A stretch of 64,000 bases of DNA from the NCBI GenBank assembly GCA_043228905.1, contig JBHGNT010000016.1:14446001-14510000 (forward strand), read 5' to 3'. Shown here one piece after another: positions 24,353 through 36,100 of the stretch. Made by a program: the position numbers and the translations under genes. Origin of the DNA: Azolla caroliniana. Taxonomy: Eukaryota > Plantae > Polypodiophyta. Position 1 is the first letter of the stretch. Each line of letters starts with the position of its first letter. The notes below the pieces were generated by a model. It was given only the letters and a program-made list of their open reading frames with translations. It was not told the origin of the DNA and made no database searches.

Positions 24353-26092
24353 TGGCACATGCCGGAGGATGTGCAGGTCTAGAGGGGGTGGATGTCGTGA
24401 AGTACGAAAGCTTCACATTAAAAGTCTACAATAAGATAAATACGTAACTAAAATAACATTTGATAATGTTTTATAACAACACATATGATAATATTATATA
24501 TATGTAAAGAAAAAATATATATATATATAGATAAATATATTATATTACACGAACAAGAGAGGACTTGAACCAATAAGCCCACCCTATGACTCTCAAATCT
24601 TACCATTTACTCTACACTAATAATATTCATAAAATAAAGCATACTTTATATATACTTTATATTACATAAAGGATTTGCTTCATGATATAAAAATAAAGTT
24701 GCATGTTGTATTCAATAGTATTTTGAGACTCGAACCCACAACCTCATACACTAAAGTCAACACACCTACCATTAGGCTAGGCCCTTTCTCTTTAAGATTA
24801 TGTTTTCATGTTTATTGTTATTGCATATATTGTTTCATACATAAAAGCTCAAATGAGCGAGATGTTTATCATGCATCACATGTAATGCATGAACGCCAAA
24901 TGGCGATCATGCATCACATGCATTTCATGCACTACATGCATGATTTGTACCCTCCAATGCATCATATGCATGGGGGCACCTATTTAAATGGTGAAAGAGA
25001 AGATCAAAGGGGGATATGTATGAGATATCAATCAAATTATGTATTACATAAGAGATACCATAAAATAGAGAAAGAAAGGAAGAAGTTCAAGAGAAAGGTG
25101 GAGCTCTAGCTTGGCGGTCGTGGTGGTCAACTCTCAACAAGAGGGAGGCGGTTCGAGCCTTATCTTCATTAAAATATTGAAGTGAAGATTGTAGTGGTCG
25201 ACGATCAAGAAAGAGAAGAGCGATTACCTTGCAAGACAAAGTTCGGAGGTTCAACGACGTGAACAACCACTTTTGTAACTCTTTCATCAAATAATTATAA
25301 ATCTCTTTTATTGCTTCAAATATCATTCTATATCCTATCTTGTCATATCTTGTTGATCACTATTTATCTATCTCTACTCTTTCGTCTCTTCCGTCCATAA
25401 TCCCAGTGATTCCTTCCTCACTTTCACGATATCTTTTGTCTACGCAACGCTACGCTTCTAGGCGAGCCACGCCACGACAACGGAACCGGATGAAGATACA
25501 GGCCCGGTGAGCGCACTCTCCGGATGTGAAGAGTACCCGGTATGGAGCCGGATGATGAAGACCCCGGCTACGGAGCCGGATGATGAATGTACCCGGAGAA
25601 AGATCCGGATGCGGGGACATATTTGTGAATATGTTTGCCAAGGGCCTTCTAGGCTATATTTGTAAATAGCCCGAAAGTCATATGTGTATAAATATGACCT
25701 AGGGCAAACAGTTTTGATGTTGTTGCCCATTTCTCTGTTTGCCACTTAGAGGGAGTGAAGATAGCAGCCGAGAGAGAGAGAGAGAGAGGGAGAGAGAGGA
25801 GGTCGTTGCCTCTGTGTATTACCGCCGCCTGTGGCGAAGACAGTGAGCTCAAGGTTGTTGCCTTGTAGCTTCACCATTGTACATCTCTGTGTATAGTGAT
25901 CGTTGGAGTTTGAGAACTCCCGTGGTTTTTCCCATTTAGGGTTTTCCACGTAAAACACCCTGTGTATTTTTTTCTTCTCTAGTGTCCTCGTGCATTTTGT
26001 ATTTCCTGTTTTCTGTGAGTTGATCCTATTCCTCGTTTGTGACCGAGCACTGTTTACTACAAACTGGTATCAGAGCGACGGCAGTACAGAAA

Positions 26093-29000
26093 ATGGAAGG
26101 CGGCGGCAGCGGGCAGCCGGGGATGATGGTGCTGAATGCACAGAACTACGCCGACTGGAAGATAAAGATGGAGGATCTGCTCATTGTTCGGGACCTGTAT
26201 GAACCGATCGACAGGTCGGAAATTCCCAAGGGGGTACTTGAGACGGAATGGAGGCTTCTGAACCGGAAAGCCGTAGCGACGATCCGGCAATATGTCGATG
26301 TAAGCGTCCTACAACATGTGGCGAACGACACCAACGCATATGAGATGTGGAAGAAGCTGTCGGGCCTCTACGAGAGGAAGAACGCGTTGAACCGGACCTC
26401 CTTGATGAGGAAGATAGTGAACCTCAAGTACCGGGACGGCGAGAGTATGGTGGAACACGTAAGCACGTTCATGGGATTCGTGAACCAGCTTGCGGCGATC
26501 AAGTTCCCGTTGGAGGATGCAATGCAAGCCATCATTCTGATGTGTACATTGCCGGAAAGCTGGGAGAACTTGGTGGTGACACTCAGCACCTCCTGCACCG
26601 AAGATAACTTGTCTCTACAAACGGTAAAGACAAGCATTCTAAATGAAGAAGCGCGTCGGAGAGATAAAGAACCGGTCTCCGACTCGAAGGCGCTGCTTAC
26701 CGAATCGGAACGGGCAAGACAATGGAACCGGAGTCCGCAAAGACAGGAGAAGTCGGGGACCCGGTCGCAGTCAAGAGGAAGGCCCACATGCTTCCACTGT
26801 GGGAAGCCGGGGCACTTCCGGAAGAACTGTCGGCATTACCGAAAAGACAACGGAACCGACGGTACCGATTCGAAGAAGTCACCGGAGCGAAACGGTGCAT
26901 ACCGAGGAGCCACGGACCGGAGAGGTCCGGATCGGCGAGGGCAGGACCGGAAAGGAACGACGGCACTCGCGGCAAGTGAAGAAGAGATAATGCTCATTAC
27001 CGAAGAGAGGGAGCTGAACCTTGCCGGTGAAGAGATGACCTGGGTGGTCGATTCCGGAGCGTCGTTCCACCTGACCCCGGAGAAGAAATACTTCTCATCC
27101 TACACAGCCGGTGAGCACGGCTGTGTCCGGATGGGAAATGAAGGTACATGCCGGATTGCCGGCATAGGAGACGTGTGGCTGATGACATCAACCGGATGCA
27201 AGATGCTGCTGAAGGATGTTCGACACGTTCCGGAGGTCCGATTGAACCTGATCTCGGCCGGGAGGCTAGATGATGAAGGCTACACGGGTAGCATCCGGAA
27301 CGGGGTCATGAAGTTCAGCAAAGGGAGCCTGATAGTGGCTCGGGCCCGGAAGGTCAATACACTGTACCTGATGAATTCCCGGCTATGTCCGGAGGAGCTG
27401 AACGTGGCAGCCGACACCGCCGGTGAGCTGTGGCACAAGAGACTGTGCCACATGAGTGAGAAGGGGATGAAGAGGCTTGCCGATGACAACCTGATTCCAG
27501 TGAAGCATGTGCACCTGGAGAAGTGCACCGATTGCCTGGCCGGTAAGCAGAACCGAACCTCCTTCCACTCAAGGCCACCGACGAGACGAAGTGCACCATT
27601 GGAGTTGGTGCACACTGACGTGTGTCAAGTAGAAACGAAGTCACATGGCGGAGCCCAGTACTTCGTGACATTCATTGATGACCACAGCCGGAAGCTGTGG
27701 ACGGCACCGTTGAAGACAAAGGACCAAGTTTTGTCCGTCTTCAAAGAACTCCACGCGAGAGTGGAAAGAGAATCCGGCAAGAAGCTGAAAGCGATACGAG
27801 CGGATAACGGAGGAGAATACCGAGGGCAATTTGAGGAGTATTGCCGTTCGATGGGAATCCGGGTCGAGTTTACTGTGCCGAAGACGTCGGAACTGAACGG
27901 GCTGGCCGAGAGGATGAACCGGACCATAATGGAGAGGGTCCAGAGTATGCTGCCAAATGCGAAATTACCCAAGGGATTTTGGGCTGAGGCAATGTCGACG
28001 GCGACATATGTGATAAATAGATCACCCTCAGTACCCCTGGATGGAGACACGCCACAGAGAGTGTGGACCGGTAAGGGAGTGTCCTACCGGCATCTGAAGG
28101 TGTTCGGGTGTCTCGCATATGTGCATGTGGCAAAGGACCGGAGAGGAAAGCTAGATCCAAAGACCCGGCCATGCATATTCCTCGGTTACGGCGACGACGA
28201 GTTCGGCTACCGAGTATGGGACCTGGTCGACAAGAAGATATTCAGGAGTCGAGATATCATCTTCATGGAGGACAAGACACTCGCCGACTGGGAGTCGGAG
28301 AAGAAGATGAAGAGCTCCAAGTCGACCGGTGAGGATCAACTCTACGAGGAGCAGTCCCGACCGGCAAGGGACCGGTTAGCACTCGAGGATCCGGCCGAAG
28401 ACGGTGAAGAAACAGAACCGGCCGAGGAAGATGAAACTGATATCGGAACCGGCCCCGATCCCGAAATGGATTCGGATGAAGAGGAAATGGAGGAGCCGGT
28501 TACCGAAGCTCCGGAACGGAGATATCCTCTAAGAGAGAGAAGGGCCCCCCGGAGATTTCCGGAACCAGAGCACGTGCTGCTAACCGACGAGGGGGAGCCG
28601 GAGAGCTTTGAAGAAGCAAAGCATGACACCCAGAGCCGCAAGTGGTTGAGTGCCATGCAGGACGAGATGGATTCCCTGCATGAGAACCACACATATGAAC
28701 TTGTGGAGTTGCCGAAAGGAAAGCGGGCACTTCGAAACAAGTGGGTGTTCAAGCTGAAACCGGGAGATGCCGGAAACCCCCCGAGATACAAAGCCAGGAT
28801 CGTGGTGAAGGGGTTCCAGCAGAAGAAGGGCATCGACTTCGACGAGATATTTGCCCCGGTAGTGAAGATGACCTCCATCCGGACGGTGCTGAGCATAGCG
28901 GCAAGCATGGACCTCGAGGTAGAACAGATGGACGTGAAGACGGCATTCCTTCACGGTGACCTCGTAGAAGAGATCTACATGCAGCAACCGGAAGGATTCG

Positions 29001-30166
29001 AGAAGAAAGGGAAGGAGCACCTGGTATGCCGGTTGAAGAAGAGCCTTTACGGACTGAAGCAGGCTCCCCGGCAGTGGTACCGGAAGTTCGACTCCTTCAT
29101 GACCGACGAAGGGTACTACAAAACGCAGTCCGATCACTGTGTGTTTGTGAAGAAGTTTGAAGGAGGAGACTTTCTAATACTCCTCCTGTACGTGGACGAC
29201 ATGTTGATCGTCGGACGGGACCAGGTCAAGATACGGATGCTGAAGAAAGCACTTCACCGAACCTTCGCAATGAAGGACCTGGGTCCGGCGAGGCAAATAC
29301 TAGGGATGCACATCATCCGGAACCGGAAGAAGAAGCAGTTGTGGCTGTCACAGGAGAAGTATGTGACAAAGGTGCTTCACCGGTTCAACATGTCGAAAGC
29401 AAGACCGGTCGGGTCAACCCTCCCGGCAAACTGCAAGTTGTCTAGCAAGCAAAGCCCCAAGACAAAGGCTGAGAAGGAGGACATGATGAAAGTGCCATAT
29501 GCCTCTGCCGTCGGAAGCTTGATGTACGCAATGGTGTGTACAAGACCGGACATAGGATACGCAGTCGGAGTGGTGAGCCGGTACATGAGCAATCCCGGCA
29601 AAGAGCACTGGAACGCGGTCAAGTGGATACTCCGATACCTGAAGGGCACGGCAAACGTGTGCCTTCGATTCGGCTCCGGTAAGCCCGAACTCGACGGCTT
29701 TACCGATTCGGATATGTCGGCTGATGCAGATACCAGCCGGTCCACATCAGGGTATGTGATGACGTATGCAGGGGGAGCTGTTTCGTGGCAGTCGAGGCTG
29801 CAGAAGACGCTTGCGTTGTCAACCACGGAAGCGGAGTACATGGCGGCTGTTGAAGCCGGCAAGGAAATAATATGGATGAAGGACTTCATTAGAGAGCTCG
29901 GTATCCGGCAGGAGGAGTACCGACTCTACTGCGACAGTCAGAGTGCCATCCACCTTGCGAAGAACGCGGCCTATCACTCCCGGACGAAGCACATCCAGCG
30001 AAGATATCACTGGATCCGGGAAAGGATAGAAGACAAGGAGTTCGTGCTGACGAAGATCCACACGGACGAGAACGGGTCGGATATGCTGACCAAGGTGCTC
30101 ACACCCGACAAGCTGGAAGCATGCCGAAAGAGGATCGGATTGGAGAGACATCCCATGCCGAAGTGA
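26093..30166 (+). CDS. Copia gag-pol polyprotein, 1357 aa (Gag, CCHC, protease, integrase, RT, RNase H)
   Basis: Single open frame from ATG 26093 with WVVDSGASFH, LELVHTDVC, LLYVDDML and HSRTKHI motifs. Confidence 0.96.
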   Translation: MEGGGSGQPGMMVLNAQNYADWKIKMEDLLIVRDLYEPIDRSEIPKGVLETEWRLLNRKAVATIRQYVDVSVLQHVANDTNAYEMWKKLSGLYERKNALNRTSLMRKIVNLKYRDGESMVEHVSTFMGFVNQLAAIKFPLEDAMQAIILMCTLPESWENLVVTLSTSCTEDNLSLQTVKTSILNEEARRRDKEPVSDSKALLTESERARQWNRSPQRQEKSGTRSQSRGRPTCFHCGKPGHFRKNCRHYRKDNGTDGTDSKKSPERNGAYRGATDRRGPDRRGQDRKGTTALAASEEEIMLITEERELNLAGEEMTWVVDSGASFHLTPEKKYFSSYTAGEHGCVRMGNEGTCRIAGIGDVWLMTSTGCKMLLKDVRHVPEVRLNLISAGRLDDEGYTGSIRNGVMKFSKGSLIVARARKVNTLYLMNSRLCPEELNVAADTAGELWHKRLCHMSEKGMKRLADDNLIPVKHVHLEKCTDCLAGKQNRTSFHSRPPTRRSAPLELVHTDVCQVETKSHGGAQYFVTFIDDHSRKLWTAPLKTKDQVLSVFKELHARVERESGKKLKAIRADNGGEYRGQFEEYCRSMGIRVEFTVPKTSELNGLAERMNRTIMERVQSMLPNAKLPKGFWAEAMSTATYVINRSPSVPLDGDTPQRVWTGKGVSYRHLKVFGCLAYVHVAKDRRGKLDPKTRPCIFLGYGDDEFGYRVWDLVDKKIFRSRDIIFMEDKTLADWESEKKMKSSKSTGEDQLYEEQSRPARDRLALEDPAEDGEETEPAEEDETDIGTGPDPEMDSDEEEMEEPVTEAPERRYPLRERRAPRRFPEPEHVLLTDEGEPESFEEAKHDTQSRKWLSAMQDEMDSLHENHTYELVELPKGKRALRNKWVFKLKPGDAGNPPRYKARIVVKGFQQKKGIDFDEIFAPVVKMTSIRTVLSIAASMDLEVEQMDVKTAFLHGDLVEEIYMQQPEGFEKKGKEHLVCRLKKSLYGLKQAPRQWYRKFDSFMTDEGYYKTQSDHCVFVKKFEGGDFLILLLYVDDMLIVGRDQVKIRMLKKALHRTFAMKDLGPARQILGMHIIRNRKKKQLWLSQEKYVTKVLHRFNMSKARPVGSTLPANCKLSSKQSPKTKAEKEDMMKVPYASAVGSLMYAMVCTRPDIGYAVGVVSRYMSNPGKEHWNAVKWILRYLKGTANVCLRFGSGKPELDGFTDSDMSADADTSRSTSGYVMTYAGGAVSWQSRLQKTLALSTTEAEYMAAVEAGKEIIWMKDFIRELGIRQEEYRLYCDSQSAIHLAKNAAYHSRTKHIQRRYHWIRERIEDKEFVLTKIHTDENGSDMLTKVLTPDKLEACRKRIGLERHPMPK

Positions 30167-32273
30167 AGGGGGAGTTTGTTGGGATATCGGTCCCTCCGGA
30201 TGGGATGTCCGGAGATGAATGACGGCAAGCCCGGTTACGGTTACGGAACCGGATGAAGATACAGGCCCGGTGAGCGCACTCTCCGGATGTGAAGAGTACC
30301 CGGTATGGAGCTGGATGATGAAGACCCCGGCTACGGAGCCGGATGATGAAGACCCCGGCTACGGAGCCGGATGATGAATGTACCCGGAGAAAGATCCGGA
30401 TGCGGGGACATATTTGTGAATATGTTTGCCAAGGGCCTTCTAGGCTATATTTGTAAATAGCCCGAAAGTCATATGTGTATAAATATGACCTAGGGCAAAC
30501 AGTTTTGATGTTGTTGCCCATTTCTCTGTTTGCCACTTAGAGGGAGTGAAGATAGCAACCGAGAGAGAGAGAGAGAGGGAGAGAGAGGAGGTCGTTGCCT
30601 CTGTGTATTACCGCCGCCTGTGGCGAAGACAGTGAGCTCAAGGTTGTTGCCTTGTAGCTTCACCATTGTACATCTCTGTGTATAGTGATCGTTGGAGTTT
30701 GAGAACTCCCGTGGTTTTTCCCATTTAGGGTTTTCCACGTAAAACACCCTGTGTATTTTTTTCTTCTCTAGTGTCCTCGTGCATTTTGTATTTCCTGTTT
30801 TCTGTGAGTTGATCCTATTCCTCGTTTGTGACCGAGCACTGTTTACTACACCATCTTCCCGTACCAAGATATTAAGCTAGTCTAAATTTGGAACCTAAAT
30901 CTGAAGTAGAAAGTCGTAGAAGGATTCATGGAAGCTCGAGATTTTTTGTCACAAAAGTCACTCATAGGAACTGAAAGAATAGGAAAATGCATCATACTAG
31001 CATCACATTCTGCTACTAAAGATACATTTGATATAATGACGCTCGTTCAATCTACCATGTTATCATCACCATTGGAAATCTATACTTGAGGTCTAATGAT
31101 GTAGATGGGAATGACATAAGTTTTGATGTCGTCATGATGTAGTGCAGATAAGCCATCACTTTTCAAGCTAAATGAAATATATATATATATATATCCTTTG
31201 CTTTTGTTTTTGGATGACCTTCTCTTCTATATATATATATTTCCTTTGCTTTTGTTTTTGGATGACCTTCTCTTGGATGCCTTCAAGCAAGACCCCAAAT
31301 GCAGAATGCATAATCTCAACCATAAATAAGGAAGAATATGTGAATTGCTTCCCATTCATAGGCTTTTATCTTGTAATTCAGGTCATGCATAAGCTCTCAT
31401 TAGGCATCAACTCCATGGACATTAGGATCTCCCTAAAGTTGCATGTCTACATCTTCTAGGGACTTATATTGGCACAATACATGCTTGTGCAAAAACCAAG
31501 CATTTCAACAAGTGACAATCAAGTTTTCCTTTTGCCTCTTATATGGGATTGTAAGGTTGAACTATTTGATCGATCTTTCATGCATACACAACGTATTCAT
31601 TAAAATGAAGTTGCAAATCTCAATATGAAACTTAACGTATGTTTCCTAAATCCCTAAACAAAGATAAATATAGATGAGAAAAAGAAGAAAGTACTTATCG
31701 AGTGGAGGTAGAGGTCCAGGTTCAGGTGTCGGTGTCGATGCAAGGTGTGGGTGTGGGTGTAGGTGTAGGTGCAGGTGTAGCACGTTTCAAAGAATTGGGG
31801 AAAAAAAGTAAATGTGCGGCGTTTTAGCAAGGTTGCATGACGCCTGCTCGGGTTAGGTGTACCGCAATGTTGGGTTAGTTTCGAACCTCGGGTTAGGTCA
31901 AAAGGTCCGGGTTACGTGCTCACATAGGGTTAGGTTCAAAGACCCAACTTAAGGTTACAGAATTACAAGGATCGGGTTACGTTTAGAAAATTACACTGCC
32001 CGAATTAGGTTGACAGAGCCCAGGTTAGGTAATCTAATGGCATGATCACTACCCGAGTAAGATCTGTGTGTGTATGTATGTATGTATGTATGTATGTATG
32101 CATTGGTTCTATGTATGTAGAGAGTGTGTGTGGATTTTTGTTGGAATCTGGAGATTGTTTTTGTTTTCTTCTTTATTAAAAATTAGTAGAGAGTCTGCAG
32201 ATCTTTCTTCTAGAAAAAGACAAACGAGGTTTATAAGGAGAGAATATAGATGCAGACATGGAGGTTTCTATAT

Positions 32274-32333
<60 letters not shown>

Positions 32334-33173
32334 CATTATACTTGGATAAGGATTTCTATCTTCTTCTTCATCGTCTTTTGGATTGCTTGCATTAGGGTAA
32401 AAACATTTCTAATTGTGATCCTCTCTTCTTCTGCTTTCTGCTGATCATCCACACTATTAGTAATCGAGAAATCATGGGTTCAATTCCGTTCATGCCCATG
32501 GGTTATATATTTGGTATCTTATATGATGGGATGGGTTTTACTGTTAATTTAAAAACACAACAAAGGAAAGAATCAAATCCAGGAAAAACATATGCGCTCA
32601 TAGGAGAGCCCGATTTCTGATTAGACTGTAGAAGCCAGCAAGTATGTTAAATATGCGATGGGTATACTTATGAAAACGAGAAAAATTCAGTGATTTGCTG
32701 TGTAAAAATTTTGAATTGTCGTACGGTCATCTGGGATCGAATCCTGTTTCTATCCCTGAATTTTTCATCCGGTATTGAATCCTGTTTTTATCCCCAAATT
32801 TGTCGTCTGGGATTGAATACTGTCTCTATTCATGTTATACTTGAAGAAATATGGTTTCCCTGTAGGAACCACAGCTCTACAGGTTAGAATCCAATGATCT
32901 TCTTGAAAACAACTCACACATAGGATGCAGGATCCTGTTTATACTAGCGATGATTCGAGTATAGGCTATATATACTATGATGATGATGATGATGATGATG
33001 AATAATAGCTAAAAGAAATAGAAGGGAGTTAAGAAAAAGATTCAGAAATTTTTGTATGCATGATGGCTTGTATTTGATATATACCATAGTTAAAAAAATC
33101 ATTTGTGGTGTTATGTCTTTTATCTTGTTTGATCCAGGAGGAGTTACTATCAACACTAACTGTTGTGTAAGCC

Positions 33174-36100
33174 ATGGCGATTTCTCAGCAAGAAGCTTAT
33201 AACATGAGTACCAATGGGGCCGCCTCGAGCCTGTCTCTCCCAGCGGGGGTTCGAGTCCGGGGGAGAATCGAACCCGGGTTCGAGAGCATTCTCACGAGGG
33301 AGGCCCTCTCGTTCGTGGCCGAGCTTGAGCGAGCCTTCCGGCCGCGTGTCAAGTATAACATGGCTTGTAGGAAGGAACAACAAGGAAGGTATGATGGAGG
33401 AGAGGCTCCATCTTTCGATCCCGCCACGAGAGCGATCCGGGACGGAAACTGGGCCTGTGCCACCACGCCTCCCGTGATTCTCGATAGGAAGGTTGAGATC
33501 ACGGGGCCTGTCGATCGCAAGATGGTCATCAATGCTCTCAACTCCGGAGCCAAAGTCTTTATGGTAAGCTATGGTTTTTCTTTTCTTAATGCATATTGAG
33601 TATTAATACTCTGAGAGATCACATATGGTTTTTCGTTCCTTAATCCATATTGAGTATTAATACTCTGAGCGATCACATATGGTGTTTCTTTTCTTAATCC
33701 ATTTTGAGTATTAATACTCTGAGAGATCACATTGGTGTTTCTTTTCTTAATCCATATTGAGTATTAATACTCTGAGAGATCACATTGGTGTTTCTTTTCT
33801 TAATCCATATTGAGAATTAATACTCTGAGAGATCGCATTGGTGTAAGTATATATTACTAAGTGTATTTGTGTACATATATGTAATGTATATGCATTTGAT
33901 ATGCTGTATTTAGGTTCATATCATGAATGTAGAACTGTAAGATATCTTAAATGTAGACAAAGTAATCAGTTTTAGCTAATTTAAACGTGATGTACATATA
34001 GATGGGATAGGGAGACAGAGATGCTAAAAAACGAAGATTTGCATGCATATGTGTGATTGATGATAAATGGGAGAGAGATGCTAAAAAATGAAAATTTGCA
34101 TGCATATGTGATGATGATTAATGGGAAAGAGATGCTAAAAAATGAAGATTTGCATGGATATGTGTGATGATTAATGGGAAAGACATACTAAAACCAAGAT
34201 TTGCATGGATATGTGTGATGATTAATGGGTTTATTATCCTGATTATGTGGGAATTTGGTTTGACGTCCTCACGCAGGCAGATTTCGAAGACTCTCTGGCC
34301 CCGTCTTGGGGGAACACGATTCGGGGACATATCAATCTTCGGGATGCCGTGAATGGTACCATCCGATACGAAGACACTGCACGGAACAAGGTGTATAAGC
34401 TCAACCCGAGCACAGCCATCCTGTTTGTGCGAGCCAGGGGATGGCACCTCCCTGAAGCACATATCGAGATTGATGGCGAGCCTGCCACTGGTTGCCTTGT
34501 AGACTTTGGCCTCTATTTCTTCCATAATCACGCGGTGTTTAGGTCCAAACATGGTGGTTATGGACCATTCTTTTATTTGCCAAAGATGCAGCACTCAAGG
34601 TAACACTTATAAGATAAAATCAAAAAAATCTTCTTCATATATTTGATTTATATATGAAGCTTCATATGGTAATGCTGCATTGGTTCCATTATTTCTTTGG
34701 ATTGGAATATTAGATGGGTTGATTTATATATGAAGCTTCATATGGTAATGCTGCATTGGTTCCGTCATTTCTTTCGCGTGGAATATAAGATGGGTTGATT
34801 TATATATGAAGCTTCATATGGTAATGTATTGTTGCATTGGTTCCATCATTTCTTTGGCTTGGAATATTAGATGGGTCTCTTCATGGTGCGTGCCGATTCT
34901 TTTTTGTTAAGAATTCGCATACTAATGAAAAAACTTTTAACCATAGGGAGGCTGCTCTATGGAATTCTGTGTTCGAGAGGGCTCAGGATCTCGCAGGTGT
35001 ACCCCGTGGCAGCATCAAGGCGACAGTGCTCATCGAGACGCTTCCTGCAGTCTTCCAGATGCACGAGATCCTCTACGAGTTGCAACAACACTCGGCAGGT
35101 CTCAATTGTGGCCGTTGGGACTACATATTCAGCTATGTCAAGACGTTCCGGAATCATCCGGATCGTCTCCTTCCGGACCGCGTGCTCGTGGGCATGACCC
35201 AACACTTCATGAAGAGCTATAGCGATCTCCTCATTCAGACGTGCCACAAGCGAGGAGTGCATGCCATGGGAGGAATGGTAAGGGATTAGGGTTTTTTGGA
35301 TTCTATTGAATTTCTTTGGGATGATATGCTTCATATCAAATCAAGTTTTATATCCAATCAAGTTTATCAGTATCTTTGGGAATCTAGGCTTCATATCAAA
35401 TCAATTTCTCTTTTAATGTCCATGCATGGGTGGTTTAGGGATTATGGGTGTTTTTAACATTACTGCAAGTTTGACGTTGTTTTTCAGGCTGCCCAAATAC
35501 CTATAAGAGACGATGAGAAAGCAAATCAAGCGGCCATGGATCTTGTAAGGGCGGACAAATTACGTGAAGTGAAGGCGGGGCACGATGGCACATGGGCGGC
35601 TCATCCGGGCCTCATAGAGTTGGTGACAAAGGTCTTCAATGAGAACATGGCCAAAAACAAACCAAATCAAATGGATGAGAAGAGGGAGGACGTGAAGATA
35701 ACGGAGCACGACTTGCTTCAGATTCCACGTGGCACTAGAACATTGGAGGGATTGAGGCTTAACACACGTGTTGGGATCCAATACATTGCCGCATGGTTGT
35801 CAGGCTTAGGGTCGGTCCCGTTGTATAATCTCATGGAGGATGCGGCGACAGCTGAGATTAGTCGGGTACAGAATTGGCAATGGATCAAGTATGAGGTTGT
35901 GTTGGATGGAGAAGCAGTTCCGTTAAAAGTGACAAAGCAACTTTTCGGAAAGGTAAGGTTGTTATGGCATTTCCTATATGCATTGTGTTCTAATGGTGGT
36001 ACTAGATCACTAGTTCTATCATTCATAGGAATTCTAGGTGTTTGGTTAGTTTGCAAAGGTAAGGTTGTTATGGCATTTCTTATATGCATTGTGTTCTAAT

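Larger units (their letters stand above)
17573..25479 (+). mobile_element. Intact, very young Ty3/gypsy LTR retrotransposon (non-chromovirus, tRNA-Trp PBS, 4-bp TSD)
   Basis: LTRs 17573-18659 and 24393-25479 (1087 bp each, no differences seen, termini TGTCGTG...CACGACA); TSD ACGG (17569-17572 and 25480-25483); PBS 18665-18682; PPT AGAGGGGGTGGA 24381-24392. Confidence 0.97.
17503..30850 (+). mobile_element. Intact Ty1/copia LTR retrotransposon (Tnt1/Tork-like) with its 5' LTR interrupted by a gypsy element
   Basis: TSD CCATC (17498-17502 and 30851-30855); 5' LTR 17503-17572 plus 25484-26061; 3' LTR 30177-30850; PBS TGGTATCAGAGC 26065-26076; PPT GAAGGGGGAG ~30165-30174. The LTRs differ by about 3 SNPs, one 28-bp repeat unit and (GA)n length. 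Confidence 0.97.

Noticed and set aside
26057-30151. Many antisense and alternate-frame ORFs over copia pol (also 8025-9032 and 63100-63735)
   Set aside because: Shadow ORFs of GC-rich retroelement coding sequence.
33570-33845. CRISPR-like regular repeats (also 54655-54862 and 61995-62125)
   Set aside because: Head-to-tail units without unique spacers, eukaryotic context and no cas genes.
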